Source: Vibrio vulnificus CMCP6 | GTDB lineage: Bacteria > Pseudomonadota > Gammaproteobacteria > Enterobacterales > Vibrionaceae | Assembly (NCBI RefSeq): GCF_000039765.1 | Contig: NC_004459.3 | Coordinates: 210,001 to 242,000, forward strand | Length of the DNA stretch: 32,000 nt | Direction: 5' to 3' | In this document: positions 9,577 to 18,817 of the stretch, one piece after another | How the letters are laid out: each line of letters begins with the position of its first letter | Numbering within the stretch: position 1 is the stretch's first letter | Position numbers and translations under genes: made by a program | The notes under the pieces: model-generated | Databases searched by the model: none | The model's input: only the letters and a program-made list of their open reading frames with translations | What the model was told of the DNA's origin: nothing

Positions 9577-10404
9577 TTACTTCAACTTATAGATGATACC
9601 TGGATTACAACGAACCATTTCGAATCGGTCTGTCAATCCAGTGAGAGACTCTGATGCCCCTAGCAGTAAGTAACCACCAGGGTTCAAGCTGTTCGCCATC
9701 TGATTGAGCACTTTTGATTTCATATCTGGTGAAAAGTAAATCAATACGTTTCGGCAGAAAATGATGTCAAATTTACCCAGTAACGCATAGCTATCCATCA
9801 AGTTTTGTGGCCTAAAGTTCACCAAACGCTTTACGTTGTCTTTGACTTTCATACGGCCATCGCCTGCGTCTTCAAAAAACGTGCGACGTCGCTCAGGAGA
9901 AAGACCACGTCCTAGGGCCAGGTTGTCATACACACCAGCACGGCACATATCCAACATACTGGCTGAGATATCCGTCGCGGTGATTGACACGCTGGTTAAC
10001 ATGCCGGGCTTGCGTTGTTGAGTCTCTAGCACCGTCATTGCCATCGAATAAGGTTCTTGACCTGAAGAACTTGCCGCTGACCAAATTTTAATAGGGCGAC
10101 GGCTTGCCGCAACCTCAGGCAAAAGCTTTTCTGCCAACACGGTGAAAGGATAGGTATCACGAAACCACAAGGTTTCGTTTGTCGTCATTGCATCGACTGC
10201 TGCCACTCGAAGTTCGCGATTGCGGCCAGTGACCACATCTCTTAGAAGATCTGAGAGTGAAGCTAGTTTGAATTTGGTGACCAATGGACTGAGACGGCTA
10301 CGGACCAAATACTGCTTACTGTCACCCAATACGATGCCGCACTGGGACTCTAGAAAACGGCTAAAGTCTCGATACTCTTGGTCACTGATTGTAATAGCAG
10401 TCAT
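9577..10404 (-). CDS. cheR: chemotaxis protein methyltransferase CheR
   Basis: 275-aa ORF with a SAM-methyltransferase core (IWSAASSSGQEPYSMAM...IIFCRNVLIYF) typical of CheR. Confidence 0.9.
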   Translation of the reverse strand: MTAITISDQEYRDFSRFLESQCGIVLGDSKQYLVRSRLSPLVTKFKLASLSDLLRDVVTGRNRELRVAAVDAMTTNETLWFRDTYPFTVLAEKLLPEVAASRRPIKIWSAASSSGQEPYSMAMTVLETQQRKPGMLTSVSITATDISASMLDMCRAGVYDNLALGRGLSPERRRTFFEDAGDGRMKVKDNVKRLVNFRPQNLMDSYALLGKFDIIFCRNVLIYFSPDMKSKVLNQMANSLNPGGYLLLGASESLTGLTDRFEMVRCNPGIIYKLK

Positions 10405-10417
10405 TAACGTCTCTTTA

Positions 10418-11344
10418 TTAGTTTGTTAGTGCAGTTTTCACTGCATTACCCAATTCGTCTGGATTGAACTTCGCGATAAACGCATTTGCGCCGACTCGTT
10501 CAACCATGGCTTGGTTAAAGACACCACTGAGAGAGGAGTGCAGGATCACATACAGATCTTTTAGCTCTGCATGGCGGCGAATTTCCGCCGTTAAAGTATA
10601 ACCATCCATCTCAGGCATTTCGATATCCGAAATCACAAGAGAAATCTGATCTCTAATCGGGCCATCTGCGGCCATTTCAAGCAGCTTCTCGTAAGCCTCT
10701 TTACCATCTTTAACCGCCACGCATTCAAAACCAATATTGGTAATGGCGCGCTCTACCTGTTTACGAGCAACGGTTGAGTCGTCAGCAATCAAGATGCGAC
10801 GTACGATCGCTTTTTCAGTTTCCACCTTGGCAATTTCTTCACCAATAGAAGAATCCATCGTTTCATCCACTGGCGCGATTTCAGCCAAAATTTTCTCAAC
10901 GTCGAGAATTTCAACTAACTCATTGTCAATGTTGGTTACTGCGGTTAGGTAGTTCGCTTTACCAGCACCATCTGGTGGTGGCAAGATAGCCTCCCAATGC
11001 ATATTAATAATACGCTCAACAGAAGTTACCAGGAACGCCTGAATGGAACGGTTGAACTCTGCGATAACCACAAAACATTTATCGATATCTTGAGTTGGAC
11101 GTCCGCCAATTGCTAGGCTTAGGTCAATCACCGACACGGTATGGCCACGAATATGAGCAACACCTTTTACCAGTGGGTGCAGATTAGGCATTGAAGTAAG
11201 CTTAGGGCACTGTAGCACTTCTTTGACTTTAAATACGTTAATACCATAACGTTGTCGGCCCATTAAACGAAAGGTCAGCAACTCAAGTCTATTTTGACCT
11301 ACGAGTTGCGTCCGCTGATTCACTGAATCAAGAATCCCCGTCAT
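10418..11344 (-). CDS. cheV: chemotaxis coupling protein CheV (CheW domain fused to a receiver domain)
   Basis: 308-aa ORF. The N-terminal half is CheW-like, and the C-terminal half is a REC domain (ILIADDSTVARKQ...SDIEMPEMDGY...K). Confidence 0.9.
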   Translation of the reverse strand: MTGILDSVNQRTQLVGQNRLELLTFRLMGRQRYGINVFKVKEVLQCPKLTSMPNLHPLVKGVAHIRGHTVSVIDLSLAIGGRPTQDIDKCFVVIAEFNRSIQAFLVTSVERIINMHWEAILPPPDGAGKANYLTAVTNIDNELVEILDVEKILAEIAPVDETMDSSIGEEIAKVETEKAIVRRILIADDSTVARKQVERAITNIGFECVAVKDGKEAYEKLLEMAADGPIRDQISLVISDIEMPEMDGYTLTAEIRRHAELKDLYVILHSSLSGVFNQAMVERVGANAFIAKFNPDELGNAVKTALTN

Positions 11345-11419
11345 AAGCTCATCTCCATCTCAAACTTTTTGATTAAAAGTGATAATCTAATTACAGCTGC
11401 ATAACACCAGAGAAACAGA

Positions 11420-12166
11420 ATGGCGTATTCTAATACTTATTTATCTTCATTTACCATCTATAAGTGTAGAGCTTTCTATAAAAGTTACGCTAAGTCTATC
11501 GGCATTTTGCTAACTTTGTTTAGTTTTTTTGCGCATGGCGCGACAGAAAATCAAATAAAACAGATACAGTTAGCTGCAGAAGAACACATTTTAGCCAATG
11601 TGGAGGCCCCATTGGGAGGCCAGTTGACTGTCAGTGCCGCTAATATAGATAGTAGAATAAAAGCGACCGATTGCCCGATTGCTTTGGTAACAAGTTCCAC
11701 TTCAACCAATAGCACTCGAAGTAATATTAATGTTCTTGTGGAATGTCCACCAGATGAATGGCAGATCTATGTTCCTGTGAGACTGTCGATTGCCGTTTCC
11801 CTTGTAACGGCAAATCGCTCCCTTAGCCGGGGAGAAATCATCTCCTTCTCAGATGTGAGTACCAATTTGATAGAGTTGCAACGCTTTCGTAAAGAAGGGT
11901 ATTCCGACATCAATCAAGTCGTTGGGGCGAAAGTAAAACGCGTTTTGCGTCCTGGTGATGTAGTGGAACGAGGAGACATCTGTGTTGTATGCCGCAATGA
12001 AAAAGTGGTGATAAAAGCAACAAAGGATGGGATGACAATCACAACTCAAGGCACCTCATTGCAAGATGGCGCAACAGGGGAACAAGTTCGGGTGAAAAAT
12101 GACAAGTCTCAGCGTATAATCGAAGGAATTGTGACCGGCATTGCTGAAGTGACTGTTTCGTTTTAA
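11420..12166 (+). CDS. flgA: flagellar P-ring assembly chaperone FlgA
   Basis: 248-aa ORF divergent from cheV. It has a hydrophobic signal-like segment (ILLTLFSFFAHGA) and a C-terminal SAF-like region (GDICVVCRNEKVVIKA...GEQVRVKN). The exact start is uncertain. Confidence 0.8.
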   Translation: MAYSNTYLSSFTIYKCRAFYKSYAKSIGILLTLFSFFAHGATENQIKQIQLAAEEHILANVEAPLGGQLTVSAANIDSRIKATDCPIALVTSSTSTNSTRSNINVLVECPPDEWQIYVPVRLSIAVSLVTANRSLSRGEIISFSDVSTNLIELQRFRKEGYSDINQVVGAKVKRVLRPGDVVERGDICVVCRNEKVVIKATKDGMTITTQGTSLQDGATGEQVRVKNDKSQRIIEGIVTGIAEVTVSF

Positions 12167-12245
12167 CATGTTCCTCATGCTTCCTATCGGGGCTCGTCTA
12201 AGTTTTAGGCCCGAATCCTGCTAGAAAGAAAATGGAAATTTTTTC

Positions 12246-12272
12246 TAAAGTATTGACTGACGTGGTCGATAC
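12246..12272 (+). promoter_or_regulatory. sigma28 (FliA)-type promoter for flgM-flgN
   Basis: TAAA-N15-GTCGATAC compared with the consensus TAAA-N15-GCCGATAA (6/8 in the -10 element). It lies ~40 nt upstream of the flgM ATG. Confidence 0.55.
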
Positions 12273-12312
12273 TGAGAGTACAAATCCCGTACTGTGTAGG
12301 TAAGGTTTATAT

Positions 12313-12639
12313 ATGGCAAGTATCGATAACATACGTTCAGGTCAAATCATGACGACAAACAGTCGTGGCCCTGCGCGTGCCGATTCAAATTCGGTATCTG
12401 ATACCCGTAACGAAGCGAAAAAAAGCAACGTCGGGCAAGATGCAGTCTCTTTGAGTCAACAAAGTCGTGATATCGAGCAGCTTCATCAGGAAATGGCGTC
12501 TAAGCCAGCATTCGATGCCGCTAAAGTCGCCGCGATCAAAGAAGCGATCGCAAACGGTTCTTATCGTGTCGATCCTGAAAAGCTTGCAGATAACATGATG
12601 AAATTTGAAAACGAACTGGCAGACCGCGTTAAAGCATAA
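12313..12639 (+). CDS. flgM: anti-sigma-28 factor FlgM
   Basis: 108-aa ORF. The size, the position between flgA and flgN, and the C-terminal helix region (AAKVAAIKEAIANGSYRVDPEKLADNMM) are typical of FlgM. Confidence 0.85.
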   Translation: MASIDNIRSGQIMTTNSRGPARADSNSVSDTRNEAKKSNVGQDAVSLSQQSRDIEQLHQEMASKPAFDAAKVAAIKEAIANGSYRVDPEKLADNMMKFENELADRVKA

Positions 12640-12659
12640 GGTCTAGGTAGGTAGTAGTT

Positions 12660-13085
12660 ATGGCTGCTTTAGTTGATTTAGTAAATTTCCAGTTTGAAAA
12701 TGCTAAAGCTCTCTCTATTGTGTTAGAAAAGGAAAGCAAGATCATTGCTAGCCGTGTTTCAGCAGATATTGAGAAAATTGCCAAAGAAAAGATGACGCTC
12801 ATTGGTCGTTTACAACAAACTGACCAGCGAATTGCCTCTCACCCGCATGTCAATCAACTTACCGAAGATACTTACTTAAGAGAAACGGTTGCCAGTATTC
12901 AATCTATTATTCTTGATTGCCAACAAATCAACCAAATCAACGGCGAAGCGCTTACGCGCGCTCAATCTAGCTTCAACAAACTCAATAATATGCTGCAACA
13001 TAGCCACGGAAAAATAGGCATGACTTATAATGCCGGTGGTAAAACGCATACCATTTCTACCCTTGGTACCAATATCAAAGCGTAA
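12660..13085 (+). CDS. flgN: flagellar export chaperone FlgN
   Basis: 141-aa helical ORF immediately after flgM, which is the conserved flgMN arrangement. Confidence 0.8.
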   Translation: MAALVDLVNFQFENAKALSIVLEKESKIIASRVSADIEKIAKEKMTLIGRLQQTDQRIASHPHVNQLTEDTYLRETVASIQSIILDCQQINQINGEALTRAQSSFNKLNNMLQHSHGKIGMTYNAGGKTHTISTLGTNIKA

Positions 13086-13217
13086 TCACACCGAATAACG
13101 CCTTTTTTCGGTATTAATCCAAACCCAATGCCCCTTTTCTCATACAACACTAAATCGAATCCTCCTTTTTATCCTTCGATAACATCACGTCAAAAAATCA
13201 CGAACGCTGCGCTAAAA

Positions 13218-13252
13218 ACGAATAAAAGAAAAGCGGCCAACCGTGGCCGCTT
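13218..13252 (-). terminator. rho-independent terminator after flgP
   Basis: GC-rich stem aagcggcc / ggccgctt (13231-13252), followed on the minus strand by TTTCTTTTATTCGTTTTT. Confidence 0.7.
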
Positions 13253-13282
13253 GATTCTGATTATCTGGAAAACTGAAAGAGA

Positions 13283-13714
13283 TTAGAAAAGTGTTTGCTG
13301 CCTTTTTTCAGGGATCTGCTGAACTTCACCGTAGTCACGCAGCTTATCCATCTTACGGATATCTAAACGCAGTTCAGTTACATAGCTGTCGCCCACAGGG
13401 TAACTACGCACCACTTCTGCACCACGGATCACACCATCAACCGCACCGGAAGTATTTTCAACACCCAAACGTTGATCTTCCAAATGCGCTCTGCCACTCA
13501 CTCGCATACCATAAACCTGCTCGGCAAGTTCACGATACGCATCAATTTTAGAAGCACGCATAGCACGAACGCGTTTTTCTTCATCTGTGCGGCCTGTTTG
13601 TTCACTAATACTGGCATACCCCACGGCAACCAGCATATCGTCTTGACGCATCTGTTGCAGCGGTTGGCATCCCACCATAAGGAGCATAACGAAAGCGATA
13701 AGATACTTTTTCAT
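13283..13714 (-). CDS. flgP: flagellar H-ring-associated lipoprotein FlgP (LPP20 family)
   Basis: 143-aa ORF with a lipobox (LLMVGC). It is the second gene of a two-gene unit next to flgT, as in the Vibrio flgOP operon. Confidence 0.8.
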   Translation of the reverse strand: MKKYLIAFVMLLMVGCQPLQQMRQDDMLVAVGYASISEQTGRTDEEKRVRAMRASKIDAYRELAEQVYGMRVSGRAHLEDQRLGVENTSGAVDGVIRGAEVVRSYPVGDSYVTELRLDIRKMDKLRDYGEVQQIPEKRQQTLF

Positions 13715-13722
13715 AGCTCCCC

Positions 13723-14358
13723 CTATGGACGCAGGATCACGGTATATGGTTGACGAATGGTCGGATCTGAACGAATGATCACCCCATCTTGAGTGCGAAT
13801 GCTGTTCAATGTATCCAAGTCGCGGCCAATGCGTTCAGCAGGTAAGAAGCCTTGAGCTGAAGCCACTACCACTCGAGTTTGCATCCCCACAACGCGAGCG
13901 TTGACTAACACGCCGCCTTCTTGTCGTAGCATGGTCCCTGTTAGTACATATTGGATTTCTTGTTCTTGTGCGAGATCTTTCCAATCACGGCTCAAAGCAA
14001 AATCGCCTTGTTGCGTCACTTGAATTGATCCCGTGGTTTTGAAATCCACGACTTTGAAGCCACGACGCTGAAGTTGGTAAATAAAGCCTTCAGACACGGA
14101 ATTTCCAAGCCAGTTGGTTGAATCCATGTTCTGCAAATCAACAAACGAGGTGACGGCAATCGGCGTGCGAGCAGACACACTGGTATTTGACAGAATCAGA
14201 TCTTCCGTCAGGCTCTCGACAAAGAAGTCCATAGTATGACGCGGGCTTTCCATCAGCATAAATTGGCTGCCCGAGTACGGTTCTTTACCGTTGTAAATCG
14301 GTGAGTAGGCGCATGAACTCAAAGCCATGACGGACGCTACAACAATCCATTTTTTCAT
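13723..14358 (-). CDS. flgO: flagellar outer-membrane-associated protein FlgO
   Basis: 211-aa ORF with a lipoprotein-type signal (VMALSSC). It lies upstream of flgP with an 8-nt gap and is divergent from flgT. Confidence 0.75.
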   Translation of the reverse strand: MKKWIVVASVMALSSCAYSPIYNGKEPYSGSQFMLMESPRHTMDFFVESLTEDLILSNTSVSARTPIAVTSFVDLQNMDSTNWLGNSVSEGFIYQLQRRGFKVVDFKTTGSIQVTQQGDFALSRDWKDLAQEQEIQYVLTGTMLRQEGGVLVNARVVGMQTRVVVASAQGFLPAERIGRDLDTLNSIRTQDGVIIRSDPTIRQPYTVILRP

Positions 14359-14427
14359 GGGGTTAATCTCCAGATAATCTCAGATGTCCATTAAGACTGC
14401 TTTTGTTTTCCGACTGGTTTACAATCT

Positions 14428-14443
14428 TGGAACAGTCTTTGCT
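14428..14443 (+). promoter_or_regulatory. candidate sigma54 promoter for flgT
   Basis: TGGAAC-AGTCT-TTGCT with correct GG/GC spacing, ~88 nt upstream of the corrected flgT ATG. Confidence 0.45.
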
Positions 14444-14530
14444 TTTGTATCTCTGCAACAAGTTAAAAGCGACATCCATATACAGCTGATAAATGCAAAG
14501 CAATATCTATACCCACTTGGGAAACCCACA

Positions 14531-15664
14531 ATGAAAAAAATCACTTTTGGCCTATTTTCAACAATTTGGATGACACTCATTTCTCTGAATGCTCATGCTG
14601 CATGGTATGAAGCGACGGGAGTTGCCACCATTGTTTCATCTGAAGAAGTGGCAAGAGTTCACGCCTTAGAGGACGCGTTATATAAAGCCGTCAACTTTTC
14701 TGGGGCAGACATCGGCAGCCTCAGTAATCTTCGCCCATTTCTTGAAGAGAGCCGCACAGAGTATCAATTCACTAACCACGAAGTCCGCTACATCCTGGTT
14801 CAGTCTCAACGATCCAAAGGGAATAAGGTCGAAGTACGTGCCAGAATTGATATTTATCCATCGGCAACAGGTTGCCACGTTAGCCAATATAAAAAGACCA
14901 TTTTGGTCGGCAATATCGATGTTGCCTCCCCCCAACAAGCGGTGATGGGGCAAATCTACAAAGTGGGGGACGATTTCAGCCACGTCATTAACCGACAGTT
15001 TGATCAGGAATCAAGAAGTTTTGTTTCGGTCGGCACCACTGATTACGATATTGATCGACGTAATCCGGAACGTATCAAGATGATTGCCCAAGACACTGGT
15101 GCTCAATACATCATCGGTGGTGTCATCACTGACTTAACCGCGACGATCGAATCGAAATTACTGGTGGATGACGTGATCAATCGCCAGTTTGCCCTCGAAA
15201 TGCAGGTGTACGATGGCAAAACGGGCAATGAAGTGTATTCAAGAAGCTACCGTGAAGTGGCGAAGTGGCCGTTTGCAAAAACCAGCCAAATTGACACTCG
15301 CAGTGCGCGCTTCTGGGCTTCAACCTATGGTGAGATGATGCTGCGAGTCAGCCGTAACATCATGTTAGATATGGAATCGGAAGTGTCGTGCAAGATCACC
15401 TTGCCAGAAGTTGTGGCTGTTTTTGGCAATACCGTCACGATGGATCTCGGCCGAGTTCATGGTGTGCGCGAAGGCGACAGGTTGCAACTTTGGCACACGG
15501 CTTCGTTTATTGATCAGTACGGCTTGCCACGCAATAAAGTATCTCAAAGCGAAATTACCTTAACGGTTTCTCGAGTTTATGAAAATGAAGCCGAGTTGAC
15601 GGTGGATCAACCGAACTTAGCCTCCAGTATCCAGATTGGCGACGTAATGCACAAACCGCTTTAA
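14531..15664 (+). CDS. flgT: flagellar H-ring protein FlgT
   Basis: The ORF track starts at 14384. The ATG at 14531 gives MKKITFGLFSTIWMTLISLNAHA, a clean signal peptide, and a 377-aa product. This matches the size and context I recall for Vibrio FlgT. Confidence 0.8.
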   Translation: MKKITFGLFSTIWMTLISLNAHAAWYEATGVATIVSSEEVARVHALEDALYKAVNFSGADIGSLSNLRPFLEESRTEYQFTNHEVRYILVQSQRSKGNKVEVRARIDIYPSATGCHVSQYKKTILVGNIDVASPQQAVMGQIYKVGDDFSHVINRQFDQESRSFVSVGTTDYDIDRRNPERIKMIAQDTGAQYIIGGVITDLTATIESKLLVDDVINRQFALEMQVYDGKTGNEVYSRSYREVAKWPFAKTSQIDTRSARFWASTYGEMMLRVSRNIMLDMESEVSCKITLPEVVAVFGNTVTMDLGRVHGVREGDRLQLWHTASFIDQYGLPRNKVSQSEITLTVSRVYENEAELTVDQPNLASSIQIGDVMHKPL

Positions 15665-15680
15665 TATCAAAAGTTAAGGC

Positions 15681-15708
15681 TTAACATTTGTGTCTATTTC
15701 CGTAAGAT
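15681..15708 (+). promoter_or_regulatory. candidate sigma70 promoter for tRNA-Arg
   Basis: TTAACA, a 16-nt spacer, then TAAGAT. The -10 element ends 9 nt before the mature tRNA 5' end. Confidence 0.35.
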
Positions 15709-15717
15709 AACAAGCCT

Positions 15718-15794
15718 GCTCCCATGGCACAGCTGGATAGCGCGGCCCCCTCCTAAGGGGCAGGTCACAGGTTCAAATCCTGTTGGGAGCGCCA
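15718..15794 (+). tRNA. tRNA-Arg (anticodon CCU)
   Basis: The 77-nt sequence folds by hand into a cloverleaf. Acceptor stem GCTCCCA/TGGGAGC, anticodon stem GCCCC/GGGGC with loop CTCCTAA, T-arm ACAGG-TTCAAAT-CCTGT, and an encoded CCA. There is one A:C mismatch in the D stem. Confidence 0.85.
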
Positions 15795-15801
15795 TTTTAC
15801 T

Positions 15802-15833
15802 AAGCCAAGCGTCAACGACGCTTGGCTTTTTTT
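15802..15833 (+). terminator. rho-independent terminator after tRNA-Arg
   Basis: Stem aagccaagcg / cgcttggctt followed by a T7 run. Confidence 0.75.
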
Positions 15834-15949
15834 CGTCCAGTACTTTCCTATTGTTCAGAAAAAAATGGGCAACTTTTCATTTTGCTACTTTAATTATTAC
15901 TAATATTTTCTTACTCTAACCCATATTAATAAAATTATTAGTTACTGTT

Positions 15950-16456
15950 ATGACTAAGAGCAATCTGATAACTAACACTGGGCATCGTTTTATTTCAAAA
16001 GGCAAAACTGCCTTTAAAATTCATATCCATACACCTGACGATAAAGTGCTGCATCGTTCGATTGGATTTGTAAAACTTGGGGAAAAGAAAGCGCTACAAA
16101 AAGCGATTAAAATGCGTAATGAACTAGGGAGAGAGATGTGGGGGAAATTCTGGCGACGCCTAATGAAAGATCCGTACTTAATGACTCGTCTGCCTCATAG
16201 TTTAGAACCAAAGATCGTACACAAACCCAACCCTACTCTGGCGGATCCTAACAACCGAGATACCTGCTACATTGCCAAATGGCGTGTGATGAATGACAAA
16301 GGCGAATACAAATACAAAACCGTCGTTCGTTCCATCAGCAAATACGGCAAACTTGCCGCCTACTCACAGACCAAAAAAGCGCTATTGGAAGCGCACAAAG
16401 AGAATTTAGAGATCCTCACCTTTATGGGCCGATTGAACAGTATCGGTCTCAAATAA
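15950..16456 (+). CDS. hypothetical protein, 168 aa, with two tandem AP2/integrase-type DNA-binding-like modules (inference only)
   Basis: The ORF stays open through AT-rich DNA. GC is ~40% against ~46% in the flanks, and there is no obvious Shine-Dalgarno. Two halves share the pattern (strand-rich)-RSI-x-G-x-KKAL-x2-A-x-K-x-NL/EL. I recognise no named family. Confidence 0.6.
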   Translation: MTKSNLITNTGHRFISKGKTAFKIHIHTPDDKVLHRSIGFVKLGEKKALQKAIKMRNELGREMWGKFWRRLMKDPYLMTRLPHSLEPKIVHKPNPTLADPNNRDTCYIAKWRVMNDKGEYKYKTVVRSISKYGKLAAYSQTKKALLEAHKENLEILTFMGRLNSIGLK

Positions 16457-16488
16457 CGCGTGCTCTTTTTCGCACTCAAACAAAGTCC

Positions 16489-16524
16489 AAAAAAAACCGC
16501 AGCACAGAGCTGCGGTTTGTTATT
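16489..16524. terminator. bidirectional terminator between the 168-aa ORF and gltX
   Basis: 9-bp stem aaccgcagc / gctgcggtt. There is an A8 run on the plus strand (T8 for minus-strand gltX) and TTGTTATT on the plus side. Confidence 0.75.
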
Positions 16525-16536
16525 CTCGCTGGCCAA

Positions 16537-17961
16537 TTATGCGTTTGCTTCACGCTCTGCAATAAACGCCAACGCCATCTTAATACGCGCAACAACACGC
16601 TCTTTACCGATGAGCTGCATCACCGCATCCACAGAAGGAGACTGACCGCCACCAGTAACAGCAACACGCAGAGGCATACCGATTTTGCCCATACCGATTT
16701 CAAGCTCAGTACACACATCGGCAATCACTTGGTGTAGGTTTTCTGTTGTCCACTCAGTAAGTGCTTCCACTTTAGCCAGTGCGACTTCTAGCGGCTGCTT
16801 CGCCACACCACGTAAGTGTTTTTTCGCTGCATCTGCATCAAATGCGTCAAAATCTTGGTAGAAGTAACCAATTTGATCGGCCAACTCAACCAACGTATTG
16901 CAACGCTCACCAACCAGTTTGATCACGTCAGTGATGGCTGGACCATTTTCTGTCTTGATGCCCTTTTGATCCAAGTGCCATTGCAGGTGTTCTGCCACAT
17001 ACTCAGGATCCGATGTTTTGATGTAGTGGTTATTCAACCAAAGCAGCTTGTCGGTATTAAACGCAGACGCTGACTTTGAGATAGCATTCAAGCTAAATAG
17101 GTTGATCATCTCTTCTTGAGAGAAAATTTCTTGGTCGCCGTGAGACCAACCAAGGCGCACGAGGTAGTTGTTCAATGCCACTGGCAAGTAACCCATATCG
17201 CGGTATTGCATCACTGATACCGCACCATGACGCTTAGACAGTTTCGCACCGTCATCACCTAGAATCATGGCACAATGCGCAAACGTAGGGACTGGCGCGC
17301 CTAATGCTTCATAGATGTTGATTTGACGAGGCGTGTTGTTGATATGGTCTTCGCCACGAATAACGTGCGTAATGCCCATATCCCAGTCGTCAACCACCAC
17401 ACAGAAGTTGTAGGTTGGTGAGCCGTCAGTGCGACGGATGATGAGATCATCCATTTGGCTGTTGCTGATTTCGATACGACCACGGATTTGATCTTCGAAT
17501 ACCACGCTACCCTCTTTCGGGTTACGGAAACGAATCACGCATGGATCGCCATCTTTTGCCGCTTCATTTGCCGCTTTGATTTTTGGATGCTCAGCGTCAT
17601 AGCGAGGCATTTCTTTGTTGGCTTCTTGCTCTGCACGAACTTCATCAAGCAGCTCTTTTGATGCGTAACATTTGTACGCTTTGTCTTCCGCAAGCAGCTT
17701 GTCAACCATCTCGTTGTAACGGTCAAAACGCTGAGTTTGGAAATAAGGACCTTCGTTCCATTCCAAACCTAGCCACTGCATACCTTCAAGAATGGCATCT
17801 ACCGCTTCCTGAGAATTGCGCTCTAAGTCAGTATCTTCGATACGTAGAACGAACTCACCACCTTGGCTTTTCGCGTATAACCAAGAGTAAAGTGCTGTAC
17901 GAGCACCACCAACGTGTAGGTAGCCAGTTGGGCTAGGAGCAAAACGAGTTTTAACCGTCAT
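16537..17961 (-). CDS. gltX: glutamate--tRNA ligase
   Basis: 474-aa [33 protein letters not shown] (HIGH motif) and KLSKRHG (KMSKS motif). Confidence 0.97.
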   Translation of the reverse strand: MTVKTRFAPSPTGYLHVGGARTALYSWLYAKSQGGEFVLRIEDTDLERNSQEAVDAILEGMQWLGLEWNEGPYFQTQRFDRYNEMVDKLLAEDKAYKCYASKELLDEVRAEQEANKEMPRYDAEHPKIKAANEAAKDGDPCVIRFRNPKEGSVVFEDQIRGRIEISNSQMDDLIIRRTDGSPTYNFCVVVDDWDMGITHVIRGEDHINNTPRQINIYEALGAPVPTFAHCAMILGDDGAKLSKRHGAVSVMQYRDMGYLPVALNNYLVRLGWSHGDQEIFSQEEMINLFSLNAISKSASAFNTDKLLWLNNHYIKTSDPEYVAEHLQWHLDQKGIKTENGPAITDVIKLVGERCNTLVELADQIGYFYQDFDAFDADAAKKHLRGVAKQPLEVALAKVEALTEWTTENLHQVIADVCTELEIGMGKIGMPLRVAVTGGGQSPSVDAVMQLIGKERVVARIKMALAFIAEREANA

Positions 17962-18083
17962 CAGAATTCCTTAGGGATAAAATACAGCCTCTATTTCAAG
18001 CACTGCGAGTTCAAGGACAAAAGTGGCGACATTTTACCATCGTCGAACGAATCTACAACCAGAGAAAATCGCTCAGGCTATCC

Positions 18084-18122
18084 CAAAAACACATGCCCTC
18101 AATGTGTTTATCACATTGAGGG
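18084..18122 (-). terminator. hairpin / terminator after the DUF2057 gene
   Basis: 11-bp perfect stem ccctcaatgtg / cacattgaggg (18096-18122). On the minus strand it is followed, after 5 nt, by TTTTT. Confidence 0.55.
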
Positions 18123-18165
18123 TGGAATTCGATTTTTCGCTTGTTAAACGAAGGAAAGAAGAAAA

Positions 18166-18756
18166 CTATTTTAAGTTTTGCATTGCCCATTGCATAAAGG
18201 CTTGCTGCTCTTGTCGAGTCATTTCTTTAAATGCAGTTTTAAGATCCATTGCTTTTGGATCGTGATTAACGAGTGGTGCGCTGTCCGCCTTTTGTGCTTT
18301 CTGCGCGTTGTAATCTGCGACTTCTCGTTCGTAATCACGAAACCCTTGCAGGCCACCTTTATAGAGCTGAACCATGGTAAATGCGACCGGATTTCCTTGA
18401 GCATCCGTCAAGTGCACCGTTGGGTTGTTTTCAAATTTTTTCGCGTCGTCAATCGTACGGAACTTGCCATACTTTAGTGTCAGCGCTTGTTCTGGCTTGG
18501 CGACAAACTCAAGCAATAATGGTTGTGAATCAAATTTGCGGCGTTTGCCATCTTCAAAAACAATTTGTCCAATCGTCACCGCAATCTGATTGTGGCCCGG
18601 TTTTAATTCGATGCGATTGCCATTATGCACTTCTTGAAGCGTCACGCCTTCACCATTGACGATTTGTGGCGTAATTTCCTTCTGCAGCGTCAGGTTGGCA
18701 GCGAACAGTGAGCTGCTAAATAGTGCTAGCGCACTCAGAATCATCATTTTTTTCAT
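18166..18756 (-). CDS. periplasmic DUF2057 / UPF0319 (YccT-like) protein
   Basis: 196-aa ORF with a signal peptide (ALALFSSSLFA). Its overall layout and C-terminal FMQWA motif resemble E. coli YccT (recalled from memory). Confidence 0.7.
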   Translation of the reverse strand: MKKMMILSALALFSSSLFAANLTLQKEITPQIVNGEGVTLQEVHNGNRIELKPGHNQIAVTIGQIVFEDGKRRKFDSQPLLLEFVAKPEQALTLKYGKFRTIDDAKKFENNPTVHLTDAQGNPVAFTMVQLYKGGLQGFRDYEREVADYNAQKAQKADSAPLVNHDPKAMDLKTAFKEMTRQEQQAFMQWAMQNLK

Positions 18757-18778
18757 ATTTCAGTTCCACTTATCAACG

Positions 18779-18804
18779 AAGAAAGGGCGTTGCCGCCCTT
18801 TCTT
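18779..18804 (-). terminator. strong intercistronic hairpin between the porin gene and the DUF2057 gene (no clear U-tract)
   Basis: 11-bp stem aagaaagggcg / cgccctttctt with a 4-nt loop, 14 nt after the porin stop. Without a U-tract it may attenuate or stabilise rather than terminate. Confidence 0.4.
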
Positions 18805-18817
18805 GATTTCTAACGAG

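Noticed and set aside
13100-13180. Minus-strand AGGAGG followed by a GTG-initiated ~37-codon ORF antisense to the flgN 3' end
   Set aside because: The 10-nt spacing to a GTG is poor, the ORF overlaps flgN antisense, and it has no supporting promoter or terminator. It is most likely fortuitous.
14502-14519. Weak sigma54-like element on the minus strand (GGGTATAGATATTGCT) as a possible flgOP promoter
   Set aside because: The -24 region is poor (GGGTAT), it would give a ~130-nt leader, and it overlaps the flgT leader. I could not find a convincing sigma54 or sigma28 promoter for flgOP by eye.
15795-16536. Genomic island inserted at tRNA-Arg(CCU)
   Set aside because: I found no direct repeat of the tRNA 3' end downstream, no integrase, and only one gene. 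It is reported instead as a variable-locus orphan gene.
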